Shown in pieces: positions 37,499-47,044 of a DNA stretch of 56,309 nt. A program made the translations under genes and the position numbers. The notes under the pieces were generated by a model. It was not told the DNA's origin, searched no databases, and saw only the letters and a list, made by a program, of their open reading frames with translations. The DNA comes from a virus (taxonomy: Duplodnaviria > Caudoviricetes), in the IMG/VR virus record IMGVR_UViG_3300031957_003334, positions 1 to 56,309 of that record; one strand, written 5' to 3'. The number at the start of each line of letters is the position of its first letter. Positions within the stretch are counted from its first letter, which is position 1.

Positions 37499-38331
37499 TA
37501 TTCTGTAACCGCCCTTCCTTTTAAATTTTCCCAATCTTTCTGCGGTCTTACCTCAAGATTTTTTTCCCAGACCGCACTCATAACCAATGGATTAATATCA
37601 CAGTCTCTCATTACCTTAATGATGGCATTGACATCTTTAGGAAAACAAGATCCCCCAAAACCATACTTTCCATCTGGTCCCGGCGTAGATAAGTGTGTTT
37701 TCCCGATTCTATTGTCATAAAGCGAATACTCCACCACCTTATCATAATCAATGTTTTTTTGTTCGCAGATTTGTCTCATTTCGTTAGCAAAAGAAACCTT
37801 GGTAGCCAAAAAACAATTACAAAAATACTTTACCATTTCTGCTGTTTTTGATCCAGTCTTTAAAATAGGTGTTGACGGGAATCTTTTGCGATACAGATTT
37901 TTAACGATCGTTGTTGCAGGTCGTGGTCCCCCTACTATAATTCTGTCTTGATTTTTAAAGTCTTCAATAAAGTTAGCCTCAGTTAAAAATTCAGGGTTAA
38001 AAACAATTGAGAGGTTTTTGTAATTCAAGGATAGCCGTTCAGTAGTTCCAGGGGGGATAGTTGACTTAATCACAGCAATATGACCTTTAGAGAGGTGGTT
38101 TAGGTCTTTTAACACACTTTCTACAATGCTTGTGTTACATCTACCGTCTTTGTCCATCGGGGTTGGAACACAAACAAAAATAACTTTAGATTTTTTGCAC
38201 AACTCTTCTAGTGTGCCACAAGTAGATTCTTTACTGATATCATAAGTATGAACATTAAATACGCCCTCAAAACCAACTCGCACAGCAGTACCGACAAAGC
38301 CCTGACCTACAACTCCAATGTCATTTTCCAT
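37498..38331 (-). CDS. UDP-glucose/UDP-GlcNAc 6-dehydrogenase family (no C-terminal UDP-binding domain)
   Basis: GQGFVG, CVPTP, KSTIPPGTT, NPEFL, AEMVKY..N.FLATKVSFANE and GFGGSCFPKD. Start moved to MENDI at 38331. Confidence 0.9.
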   Translation of the reverse strand: MENDIGVVGQGFVGTAVRVGFEGVFNVHTYDISKESTCGTLEELCKKSKVIFVCVPTPMDKDGRCNTSIVESVLKDLNHLSKGHIAVIKSTIPPGTTERLSLNYKNLSIVFNPEFLTEANFIEDFKNQDRIIVGGPRPATTIVKNLYRKRFPSTPILKTGSKTAEMVKYFCNCFLATKVSFANEMRQICEQKNIDYDKVVEYSLYDNRIGKTHLSTPGPDGKYGFGGSCFPKDVNAIIKVMRDCDINPLVMSAVWEKNLEVRPQKDWENLKGRAVTE

Positions 38332-39199
38332 CGATCTCTTCCTTAAGTTTTTTAAAACATTGATGAATTCCGTCCACAATATTTACTTCGGTTTCCCAAC
38401 CGATTGATTTTAAAGAACTAGGTTGGGCTTTTGTTTCCATAACATCCCCAGGTCTATCCTCCACATAGTCAAAAACAATATCAGGAAAATATTGCTCAAC
38501 TATTTTTCTCATCTCATTTAAGGAAATATTAGTTCCAGTCCCGGTATCATAAACAGCGCCTGAGAAATTGCCCTTATATTCCATAGCAAAAATATTGGCA
38601 GATACGGCGTCCTTCACATTCAACATATCTCTTCGTTGCTCACCATCACCTGTGATGAATGGATTTTTTCCTTGTCTAATATATTCCATCCAATTTGCCA
38701 CTGCTGTAGCGTATGCTCCCCCCGCTTTTTGGTCCGGCGAATAAACGTTAAAATACCTCAAACAAACTGTATCAATACCATACAGTTTAGAATATAGAGT
38801 TGTTTCTATTTCCGAGGTTAATTTCTGCAATGCATAAGGGCTCTCTGGTCCATCTCCGTTACCCACAACAGAAGAAGAGCTGGAATAAATTACTCTCTTA
38901 CAGCGTGCCTCTCTAGCAAAATCTAACACAACTGAAGATGATACCACATTATTTATCATAGTTGATAGCGGGTTCTCAACACTATATGCCACTCTGGGCC
39001 AACAAGCAAGATGAAAAATTACCTCTGGCTTGAACTTCAAATACTTGTCCCTTTTGCCCGGAGTAAGAATATCTTTGATATCTCCAGAATTTTCATCATC
39101 AAGGTCAATTCCTAAAACTTCATAGCCTTTGTTTTTAAGGGCTGTATAGAGGTGGTTTCCAATATAACCTTTATAGCCAGTTACAAGACATCTAGTCAT
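38321..39199 (-). CDS. NAD-dependent nucleotide-sugar epimerase/dehydratase
   Basis: TGYKGYIG, FHLA, YSSSSS, SPYALQK (YxxxK), LRYFNVY and GDGEQRRD. Confidence 0.9.
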   Translation of the reverse strand: MTRCLVTGYKGYIGNHLYTALKNKGYEVLGIDLDDENSGDIKDILTPGKRDKYLKFKPEVIFHLACWPRVAYSVENPLSTMINNVVSSSVVLDFAREARCKRVIYSSSSSVVGNGDGPESPYALQKLTSEIETTLYSKLYGIDTVCLRYFNVYSPDQKAGGAYATAVANWMEYIRQGKNPFITGDGEQRRDMLNVKDAVSANIFAMEYKGNFSGAVYDTGTGTNISLNEMRKIVEQYFPDIVFDYVEDRPGDVMETKAQPSSLKSIGWETEVNIVDGIHQCFKKLKEEIDGK

Positions 39200-40034
39200 T
39201 TTGTGTTTCCTTTAGGAGTGTTAAAAACATTTTATGTGATTCGTAGGCATCTATAGGAGGGTTATCTCCCAAGAAATATAAAAGCTCTTCCAAGAGAGGA
39301 GAGGATTTTTCCACGAATTTTTCCTCTGTTGAATTTACATATCCCTCAGAGATTGAATATTTCATTACCACCTGTGAAGATAGGTCGGCAACAAGATTGC
39401 AGTTTCTTTGCCTAACACATATTTTACGCTCTTTATAAAACGTTTCATTGCTCCAAATAAAACGAATAATTTCTCCACTTAACATATTAAGTGTTAGACA
39501 AAAAGTGTTCTGATTATTGAGTATATGGGTGCTTTTGACCTCATCGCCCGAATATAGCTCACAAAAAAGATCTAAATCATGGATACCAACGTCCACAAAA
39601 CTACTGACATCCATCCGTGAAACTGGTCGTGCTGAACATCTTATAAAATCAATACTGATTGCTTCTTTCTTATTCCAATTTTGTACAAGGGTTTTAAAAG
39701 AAGGATTAAATCGCTCAACCATCCCAACAGATACTCTTGGGTCTTTCAATAGTTCTATGTTTTGCGGATGTATGACTCCAGGCTTTTCTACTAATATTTT
39801 CCCTCGATAATCACCATCTAATAGCGTCTGTAAATACTCGTCGTGGGTCTCTGTCGGTGAAGCAATGATAATATGAGAAAAATCCTGAACTTCATCAAGA
39901 CTGTTGATTCTTCCTGATATTCCAGACTCAGGAACATAAGGATCATACCATTTAAACCCTTGACCAATCTTATGTAAATATTTTTTATGAAGTGATCCCA
40001 TTTTTCCAGAACCAATCAATAAAACGTTATTCAC
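39192..40034 (-). CDS. Gfo/Idh/MocA-family oxidoreductase (WbpB-like)
   Basis: IGSGKMGSLH, IASPTETH, LVEKP, VGMVERFNP and DVGIHDLD. Start moved to GTG 40034. Confidence 0.85.
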   Translation of the reverse strand: MNNVLLIGSGKMGSLHKKYLHKIGQGFKWYDPYVPESGISGRINSLDEVQDFSHIIIASPTETHDEYLQTLLDGDYRGKILVEKPGVIHPQNIELLKDPRVSVGMVERFNPSFKTLVQNWNKKEAISIDFIRCSARPVSRMDVSSFVDVGIHDLDLFCELYSGDEVKSTHILNNQNTFCLTLNMLSGEIIRFIWSNETFYKERKICVRQRNCNLVADLSSQVVMKYSISEGYVNSTEEKFVEKSSPLLEELLYFLGDNPPIDAYESHKMFLTLLKETQND

Positions 40035-40690
40035 TAGTAGCATTCTCCAGGGTTTATATTATACCACCACACAGGATGTGTTAATACATATATTTTATTA
40101 TGTTTACCTATGTGCTGATGTAAGCACCCCTCTCTCCAATTACAACTACTGTCAGAGATATATTTGTATTCTTCAAATATCTCACCATCATAAGCATCGT
40201 ATAAAACATTTTTGTTGTTTTTCAAATGCTGAATAACACCGGCTTCAACCTTGTTGTTTCTACTGGGCTCGTGGGGACAAATACACCTAAAAGTATTTTT
40301 CCCAAAAACGGTTCTTAGTAAATCTAGAGTATGTTCCATATACTGTATATAAGACTCGGTATCGTGGATATACCTTTCGTAGTGAAGACCTACTTCGTGC
40401 CCCATCTTAAGAATTTTTTTAACTGTGTCTATTCCCTCCCAAGAAAGCAAGTTGTAGTTTCTAGCAGAGATTCTAAAGAAGTATGTTGAAACAACCCCAC
40501 GTCTTTTTTCTAGGGATGCCATATTCATAGCCAAATCTAATTGATGATCAACATCATGTCTCATCATTAGTGTCTTGGTGTGGTTATTTTTACAAAAAGA
40601 GTCAGACATTGTAATAAAAGAATATCCCTGTTCTTTTGCCTGCAATAAACACTCTTCATAGTGTCTTAGGGTAAAATTACATTCGCTCAC
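40034..40690 (-). CDS. Polysaccharide deacetylase-like protein
   Basis: MRHDVD, STYFF, GHEVGLHY, YISDS and LTHPVWW motifs. Confidence 0.7.
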   Translation of the reverse strand: MSECNFTLRHYEECLLQAKEQGYSFITMSDSFCKNNHTKTLMMRHDVDHQLDLAMNMASLEKRRGVVSTYFFRISARNYNLLSWEGIDTVKKILKMGHEVGLHYERYIHDTESYIQYMEHTLDLLRTVFGKNTFRCICPHEPSRNNKVEAGVIQHLKNNKNVLYDAYDGEIFEEYKYISDSSCNWREGCLHQHIGKHNKIYVLTHPVWWYNINPGECY

Positions 40691-41391
40691 AACAGATACT
40701 CCTTTTGATAGTCTTTACATATGGAGTGAAATTGTTCTGGCGTATCGTCACCGTAGATCGATATAAAATCTAGAATGCCAGACTTGCCGGGGTCCAGATC
40801 AATCTCTGCAAGTCCAATGGGTCTATAGTTGTACTCTTCAAGTGATTCAGAACTCATATAATTTGCAGCACCGCTTCCGCTAATATACTTTGTAATATTT
40901 AGAGAATCACACAGGTACCTTATAAGTTCTTCGCCAGATTTTTCACCTAAATTCAGGATATCTGATGATTTTATAGTTTTGGTATTTGTGCCTAAAAAAC
41001 TACAAATTTGATCTACAAGTTTAATATTGACAGAACACAAACTTTCTGTTTCTAGGCAAAGCGCCTCTACATTTTCCAAAATATTCAAAACATTTTTAAA
41101 ACCATCCCTTTTGGACCACTTATGATGAAGTGTTGTTTTTGTTTTTCTGAAAACAGATTTCCAATTCTGGGATATTCTTACTCTATGAATGGGCAAAGAA
41201 CTATCCTTTTTAACAACGGGCATTGTTATGTATGTGTGCTTCTCAGAGTCTAAAGAAACAGAGCACCTATTTGTCCAGCCATTCTTAGAATACTCTACAT
41301 GATCTAAGTGAATATGGAGATCTGCAACGGCAATCTTTACAAAGTAAGGAACCCACGGGAGAAAGTTAGGTTGGTGGATGGAGCCGATCAC
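40687..41391 (-). CDS. wbqC: WbqC-family protein
   Basis: IHQPNFLPW..YF.KI..AD....LD.VEY.K..W.NR and YISG.GA..Y. Start moved to GTG 41391 (GTGA overlap). Confidence 0.85.
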   Translation of the reverse strand: MIGSIHQPNFLPWVPYFVKIAVADLHIHLDHVEYSKNGWTNRCSVSLDSEKHTYITMPVVKKDSSLPIHRVRISQNWKSVFRKTKTTLHHKWSKRDGFKNVLNILENVEALCLETESLCSVNIKLVDQICSFLGTNTKTIKSSDILNLGEKSGEELIRYLCDSLNITKYISGSGAANYMSSESLEEYNYRPIGLAEIDLDPGKSGILDFISIYGDDTPEQFHSICKDYQKEYLL

Positions 41392-42242
41392 TTTTTCATA
41401 TTCCGAATATCTCTTGCTGCCTTTTCTGCATTGGGGCAATCTCCAGTTATCCCAAGTCTTTTATAAGCAGGCTGCTCATAAACAACATTGGGATAATGTC
41501 CGTGAGACTCGTCCCTCATTCCAAGTTCGGCAAGATATGCTTTTTCGTGAATTTTTAAATTCTCTAGTCCTAAAAGGCACAGCGGTTCAGCCAACCTAAA
41601 ATTGAAACCCACATATTCATGGTTATATTTACCAACTTGCCCCTGGTCGCAGATGGAACGTATTTTATCGCCATCCAGCATAGAATTTTCATTAATAGTT
41701 ATCATACCCCCTTCAAACGTAGAAAAGTTCTTTGTCTTGTAGAAACTAAAGCACCCAACATCACCCATAGTTCCTGCCAATTGTCCATCGGGATCCTTGC
41801 AGGGGTAACATTTTTGTTGTCCTGTTTCAAAACAAAAATTACATCTGGCTCCTAAAGCCTGTGCTGTATCTTCAATAACTACCAAATTATGCCTCTTGGC
41901 TACTTCCATTATTTTGGGCATGTCACAAACCCGACCATACAAATGTACTGGTATGATTGCTTTAGTTCTCGGAGTTATGGCTTCTTCTATTTTGTTGGCG
42001 TCTATCAATTTAGTAACGGGATCTATGTCCACAAAAACAGGTGTTGCACCAGCGATAAGAATAGCATTAGAAGTTGCTATAAAAGTAAATGGTGTTGTAA
42101 TAACCTCATCCCCAGGCTTTAAGTCCATAGACCACAAAGGGGCGATCAGCGCACTGGTTCCATTGTTAACCGCAATAGATTGCTTAACTTTAAACCTTTT
42201 TGTAAATTCTTCCTCAAATATTTTTCTAACTATTGCTGGCAT
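41388..42242 (-). CDS. DegT/DnrJ/EryC1/StrS sugar aminotransferase (WbpE-like), shortened
   Basis: NNGTSAL, PGDEVITTPFTFIAT, PVHLYG, EDTAQA, SFYKTKN (PLP lysine), EGG and GFNFRL. Confidence 0.9.
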   Translation of the reverse strand: MPAIVRKIFEEEFTKRFKVKQSIAVNNGTSALIAPLWSMDLKPGDEVITTPFTFIATSNAILIAGATPVFVDIDPVTKLIDANKIEEAITPRTKAIIPVHLYGRVCDMPKIMEVAKRHNLVVIEDTAQALGARCNFCFETGQQKCYPCKDPDGQLAGTMGDVGCFSFYKTKNFSTFEGGMITINENSMLDGDKIRSICDQGQVGKYNHEYVGFNFRLAEPLCLLGLENLKIHEKAYLAELGMRDESHGHYPNVVYEQPAYKRLGITGDCPNAEKAARDIRNMKK

Positions 42243-42699
42243 CTTTTACCTCTCCTTGAATCTTAGCTGGGTTGCCATAAACTAAAGTGTTTTTTGGTAT
42301 ACTTCTAGTGACTACACTGCCGGCACCTACTAAGGATTTAGAACCTATCGTAATTCCACACAAAATCGTGCTGTTTGCCCCAATACTAGCACCTCTACAT
42401 ATTAGAGTTTTACGAAACCGATCTTTCCAATCTCCAACTGCTCTGGGATATATGTCGTTTGTTGTTACAACATTTGGACCGATGAAAACGTCATTTTCAA
42501 CTTTGACACCTTCATATATTAAGGAGTGGTTTTGAATTTTTACATTATCCCCGATGACCACATTTGGACCAATGTATACACCTTCTCCAATCACACAATT
42601 TTTACCGATTTTTGCCCCTTGGCATATATGAGAAAAAGCCCAAATTTTAGTGTTGTTTCCAACTTGTTCTGTTTCTACGATAGCAGTTTGGTGTATCAT
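42226..42699 (-). CDS. Hexapeptide-repeat sugar N-acetyltransferase (WbpD/WlbB-like)
   Basis: IHQTAIV, TKIWAFSHI, VKIQN, FIGPNVVTTNDIYPR, GASIGAN and YGNPAK. Confidence 0.9.
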   Translation of the reverse strand: MIHQTAIVETEQVGNNTKIWAFSHICQGAKIGKNCVIGEGVYIGPNVVIGDNVKIQNHSLIYEGVKVENDVFIGPNVVTTNDIYPRAVGDWKDRFRKTLICRGASIGANSTILCGITIGSKSLVGAGSVVTRSIPKNTLVYGNPAKIQGEVKDASNS

Positions 42700-43442
42700 T
42701 TTCTCTCTCCATTTAGAACTTGATATATTCTTTCTGCCTTCTCAAGACTTACAGGATACGAAAGTTTAACTTTTTTTTGCTGTTCTGTATAGTAAAAAGG
42801 TCTAGGCCACGGAGGGGGAAGAGCCCTTGATAAATTATAGATGTCAATGGGGTTCATATTTTTAGTTATTTCTCCATCTTTATCCGACCTTTTTGAGCAT
42901 TCAAAAATTATTTTTTCTTTGCTTTGTTCCACGGGATGTAAATCGTTGTCTCGATATTTTTTTAAAAACACGTCCCACATTTTACAAGATGTTGTTACCC
43001 CTTTTCTTAAAACATCGTTAGCATCCTCGTCAAATTCTATTTGAAAATCTTTCTGTAAGAAGATCTTTCCCCCGTCTATTTTATTTGTTAGTTCGTGAAT
43101 AGTTACGCCACTAACATTCTCTCCGTTTATTAATTGCCAATTCAAAGCATGGCTTCCAGCATAATCAGGTAGCAACGATCCGTGAAAGTTTATTGATAAA
43201 CGGTGTTTATCTAGAAGCGTACTTTGTATGACCCTGTTATAGTAAAAAGATACTAAAATATCGGCAGAAAATTTAATACACTCTTGTTTAAAATTTTCAA
43301 ACCCCTTGTCTTTGATGCGTGGGTGATTATTAGGATAAACTATTTTGAGAGTGCAATCTTCTTTTAACTTATCAATAAAAGGAAAATAATGCTCATTATT
43401 TTTGGTAAATAAAAGTACTTTTATGGGATCATTTTTAGGCAT
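42696..43442 (-). CDS. N10-formyl-THF-dependent (sugar) formyltransferase
   Basis: INFHGSLLPDYAG, SGVTIH, IDGG and RALPPPWP. Confidence 0.85.
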   Translation of the reverse strand: MPKNDPIKVLLFTKNNEHYFPFIDKLKEDCTLKIVYPNNHPRIKDKGFENFKQECIKFSADILVSFYYNRVIQSTLLDKHRLSINFHGSLLPDYAGSHALNWQLINGENVSGVTIHELTNKIDGGKIFLQKDFQIEFDEDANDVLRKGVTTSCKMWDVFLKKYRDNDLHPVEQSKEKIIFECSKRSDKDGEITKNMNPIDIYNLSRALPPPWPRPFYYTEQQKKVKLSYPVSLEKAERIYQVLNGERK

Positions 43443-44563
43443 CTTTTTAACACATATTCACAATGATCCTCCATTGAATATGATCCCCATTTAAATGTAT
43501 TGATATAATCAGGACTTCTAACTATATCGATACATTTTTTTAGTTGTTTGTTTAAGTCCTGCTGTTTTTCCTCGTCGTAAATTAAACAAGATTCTTGATA
43601 GTAAGATGGTACTGTAACTGGCTTATTGCATAAAGTAATACATTTTGCGGCGATGCTTTCTCCCAATGTTCTTGGGTACCCTTTTGGCTGACCATATACT
43701 CGCATATCCATTGGTATAACAGAAATTTTTGAAAGGTATTTAACTTCACGAGCAAATTTTTTGTTGACTTGTCCAAGTATAAAGTAATCTATTTTTTTCT
43801 GCTCGCATATGCTTATTATGTCTTTTACATATTCGGCGTCCCGCAAAGGACCCATAAAAACTAAGACATAATCACTACACAATGTTTCATCGAGGTCTTT
43901 TATCATTTGTAATTGATTCTTTACATACCACATTGTCCCGCTGACTAAAATGATGTTTTCTTTTTTGTGTTTCGATAAAAATTCTACACACTGTTCTACG
44001 TAATCCGGACTTGCCGGAGGACACATATCTTCTTCTTCGAAATAGTAATCGGCATTTTTCAAGTTAGGTGCATAGGACATTGTTTTTATATTGACTCTGC
44101 AACCGCTTTTCTCCCAAACTTTATTATCATACGGTCTGCTCTTCATCGTATTAAAAACCGCTGATCTTCCGATGATAATATCATACGCTTCATTTAATGT
44201 TTCTATGGGGTTGATTTTTGTTTCTTGTATTTCATACCTGAATACATTTGTACCCCCTTTATCGTAGGTAAAATGTATCTTTGAATTTGGCAATACCTTA
44301 GAAGCATACAGCGGCAAACCCAAGGCTTCCATCTCTGCGTCCAGTGGGGAAAAGTGAGCAAATAACAGGTTGTATTTATGAAGGGATATTGTCTCTGCTG
44401 TGATACTGTTTAATAAATCAGAAACACAAAAAGAGTTGCAACCAAGCCTCTCTTGATTATATTGGCGAGGAGTTAATCTAAGTTCTGGTGAGTTTTTCCA
44501 ATGATGTAAGGCGGCATACTTATTAATGAACGCCGATAAATTATTAGAAGTGTTTATTCTCAT
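43421..44563 (-). CDS. Divergent GT-B glycosyltransferase-like protein
   Basis: C-terminal half GTMWYVKNQ...FMGP...GYPRTLGESIA resembles the GT4 donor-binding domain. Confidence 0.5.
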   Translation of the reverse strand: MRINTSNNLSAFINKYAALHHWKNSPELRLTPRQYNQERLGCNSFCVSDLLNSITAETISLHKYNLLFAHFSPLDAEMEALGLPLYASKVLPNSKIHFTYDKGGTNVFRYEIQETKINPIETLNEAYDIIIGRSAVFNTMKSRPYDNKVWEKSGCRVNIKTMSYAPNLKNADYYFEEEDMCPPASPDYVEQCVEFLSKHKKENIILVSGTMWYVKNQLQMIKDLDETLCSDYVLVFMGPLRDAEYVKDIISICEQKKIDYFILGQVNKKFAREVKYLSKISVIPMDMRVYGQPKGYPRTLGESIAAKCITLCNKPVTVPSYYQESCLIYDEEKQQDLNKQLKKCIDIVRSPDYINTFKWGSYSMEDHCEYVLKRCLKMIP

Positions 44564-45318
44564 ATTGTTGTGAAATATCTCTTAAAAATATTCTTTGTAT
44601 CATCAGACAGCATAATTTCCTTTGCCCTGCGTAGGTCATCCATATCGGTCTCAGAATCATTCTTGTTTAAGGTTTTTTGAATATGGAGTAACCATTCGGG
44701 ATCTGTCTCTAATCCAAGCCAACTGTTTATGTTCTTGGTGGTTATGCTAAAATCGTCTAAAAGGTCCTCATAATAAACCCTTAAATACAAATCAGGGTCA
44801 ATATAATCTTCCACAGTAGAAGCAAGAATAGAATCATCTAAAACTTTTTTACAAGCCTTTTCATAGGTTTCAAATCCGTGAGATTTCATATAAGAACGAG
44901 CAGCAACAGCAGGGTTTCTAATCAGATGCAAAAAATAGAATTTATTTTTCGTGACAAAATCTAGGAATTCTTGCTTATGTTCCCTAAAGATAGAAGTGGT
45001 GCCGCCGGCTTTTTTGTCTCCTATTACCATGATTTCTTTTTTATTGAATTCTGGTAGTTCTGACAAGTGTCCCATCTCTTTCCATCTTTTTTGGTACTGG
45101 GACATTTTATACCCTGTGTTTTCTAATCCACTCTCAAACTGCCTTGTTGCCTCTTCATATAGATGACTAAAAGCCAAATCAGTAGAACACTTTTGTTTTA
45201 CAACTTTGTCTAAAAATCGAGACTCGTTGGAGATCAAACAATTTGGGTGATAGTTTAGTACTTGACCGAGGAAGGTGCTTCCCGTTCTTCCGCTCCCTAT
45301 AAAAAACAAGTACTTCAT
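44560..45318 (-). CDS. PAPS-dependent sulfotransferase
   Basis: IGSGRTGSTFL (5'-PSB loop), LNYHP, IRNP....RS (3'-PB motif) and YEDLL. Confidence 0.8.
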   Translation of the reverse strand: MKYLFFIGSGRTGSTFLGQVLNYHPNCLISNESRFLDKVVKQKCSTDLAFSHLYEEATRQFESGLENTGYKMSQYQKRWKEMGHLSELPEFNKKEIMVIGDKKAGGTTSIFREHKQEFLDFVTKNKFYFLHLIRNPAVAARSYMKSHGFETYEKACKKVLDDSILASTVEDYIDPDLYLRVYYEDLLDDFSITTKNINSWLGLETDPEWLLHIQKTLNKNDSETDMDDLRRAKEIMLSDDTKNIFKRYFTTI

Positions 45319-46056
45319 TTAATACTCCATAAAATTGTTTTTACAAAACATCAGCGCCTCTTCCAAAGATCCTACCTTGTACTGTCCTTGGTTTATTTTG
45401 GGGTCAGCGTGCATATGATATATTCTTGGTTTTAGATGAGATTCTCCGAATTCATGTTTGAATTTGTTTTGTTTTTCCCTATTGCCTCTACTTCGGATGT
45501 TATATTCAACAGGAAGTATATAATACCTCATATTTGAATGCCACAGTGCCGTTCTAAAAGTTGGTTGCTCGTAAGGCCATCGTGAAAAATAATGATAAAA
45601 TAAATCCCTCCACGATTGGAAAAAATCCATAACTGGCTTTGATTTTTTAAATACCATAACACCAGGGTTAACTTCAGGGAAAGCGTATGGAATCGCAGCA
45701 TATTCCGGTATTTTAGCAGAGATACTTTCTCTTTTTCTGGCTAAATCGTGACAAATGGCAAAATCAAATTTCTCTAGTATACCAAACATCTCCTCTATAT
45801 TGTGATCAACAATAGTATCAGTATCTAGAAAGATAGTTTCATCGTAAGGTGTTTGATCTACATAATCTACTTTTGCTCGTATATGATTAACACTAATAAC
45901 TCGACAGTCATCTACAAATTCTGAATCTACTAACCTGTCGCTATAAAAGGTTACTGGAAGATCTGGGCAGTTCTTTTTGACAGATTCCGCAGAGATTAAT
46001 GCCTCTTTAATAAACGGCTCGTTGAAAGCAATATATAATACTCCTCTAGATGTCAT
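45319..46056 (-). CDS. GT-A glycosyltransferase (GT8-like)
   Basis: GVLYIA, EALISAES, TPYDETIFLDTDT (DxD), NPGV, EQP.FR and LPVEYN. Confidence 0.75.
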   Translation of the reverse strand: MTSRGVLYIAFNEPFIKEALISAESVKKNCPDLPVTFYSDRLVDSEFVDDCRVISVNHIRAKVDYVDQTPYDETIFLDTDTIVDHNIEEMFGILEKFDFAICHDLARKRESISAKIPEYAAIPYAFPEVNPGVMVFKKSKPVMDFFQSWRDLFYHYFSRWPYEQPTFRTALWHSNMRYYILPVEYNIRSRGNREKQNKFKHEFGESHLKPRIYHMHADPKINQGQYKVGSLEEALMFCKNNFMEY

Positions 46057-47041
46057 TCCGAATCTCCTTTATATTATCATACAGTTTTTTTGCCCATTTT
46101 ATAGGGTCATATTCTTGGTCAAATTTATTTTTAGCGGCTGTTGCTATTTTATTTCTTTTGTTTGCACTCGACAGAGATCTTAAAGCATTCAACCAACTGT
46201 CTGTATTATGGGCTACATAGCCGCAATTTTCGTCACCAAGAATATGAAAATTACTTGGTGTAATATCTGCCACAACAGGGATCCCTACTTGGTGAAAAAC
46301 AAACGATCTTCCTGCATTAGACTTATTTTTAAACCTAATAATGAAGTCTGTTTCATATAGTCCCATTTCTGGGTTTGTTTTTATACCCATAAACTGGTTT
46401 GGGGTTATAGATGTTATATTGGGGACTAACCCAATGTCGCACTTCTTTATTTCTTCTACAATAGTATCTTTGTTCCAGTGAGATAGTTGTATATTTTTTA
46501 TTCGTGGAACGCCAATAGACCACCCATTATAGCCTGGGGATGTTATTACCTTCAATTCAAAAGGCTGCTCTTTTTCAAAGGATTCAAGTGCTAACGATAA
46601 ATACGGTGAAAATTTACTTAAATGAGTAAAACTACCATGATACCCAAGAGTTAAAATTTCTTTGTCTGTATGTTTTTTAATCTCAATATTTTGAAACATA
46701 TCTTCAATCAAAGGGTAATAAAATACATTTGGATAACGAGAAAGACTTATTTTTTCTTCTAAGGATCCTACGATTACAAAATCACACAAGATGTTTTCTT
46801 TATCCGCTGCAAGATTTGTAACTCCTATAATTTTATCTGGATATTTTCTCTTTAAAATGTCTGCCCACTGCCAATCATTCTTGGATAAAATGATTACGTC
46901 TGCCTCTTCTATGTTGTCAAGAGATTCAATAAATTGTGCATCTATTCCTGCAATTTTAAAGTAGTTACATAAATCATTACACCAAATACGATAAGAACCA
47001 ACCTTAATATCCCTCACGGTACTGTAAAAACGAATATTCAT
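46046..47041 (-). CDS. GT-B glycosyltransferase-like protein
   Basis: GSYRI, LGYHGS, CDIGLVP, KSN, GIPVVA and W..AL..L. Confidence 0.6.
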   Translation of the reverse strand: MNIRFYSTVRDIKVGSYRIWCNDLCNYFKIAGIDAQFIESLDNIEEADVIILSKNDWQWADILKRKYPDKIIGVTNLAADKENILCDFVIVGSLEEKISLSRYPNVFYYPLIEDMFQNIEIKKHTDKEILTLGYHGSFTHLSKFSPYLSLALESFEKEQPFELKVITSPGYNGWSIGVPRIKNIQLSHWNKDTIVEEIKKCDIGLVPNITSITPNQFMGIKTNPEMGLYETDFIIRFKNKSNAGRSFVFHQVGIPVVADITPSNFHILGDENCGYVAHNTDSWLNALRSLSSANKRNKIATAAKNKFDQEYDPIKWAKKLYDNIKEIRNDI

Positions 47042-47044
47042 ATC

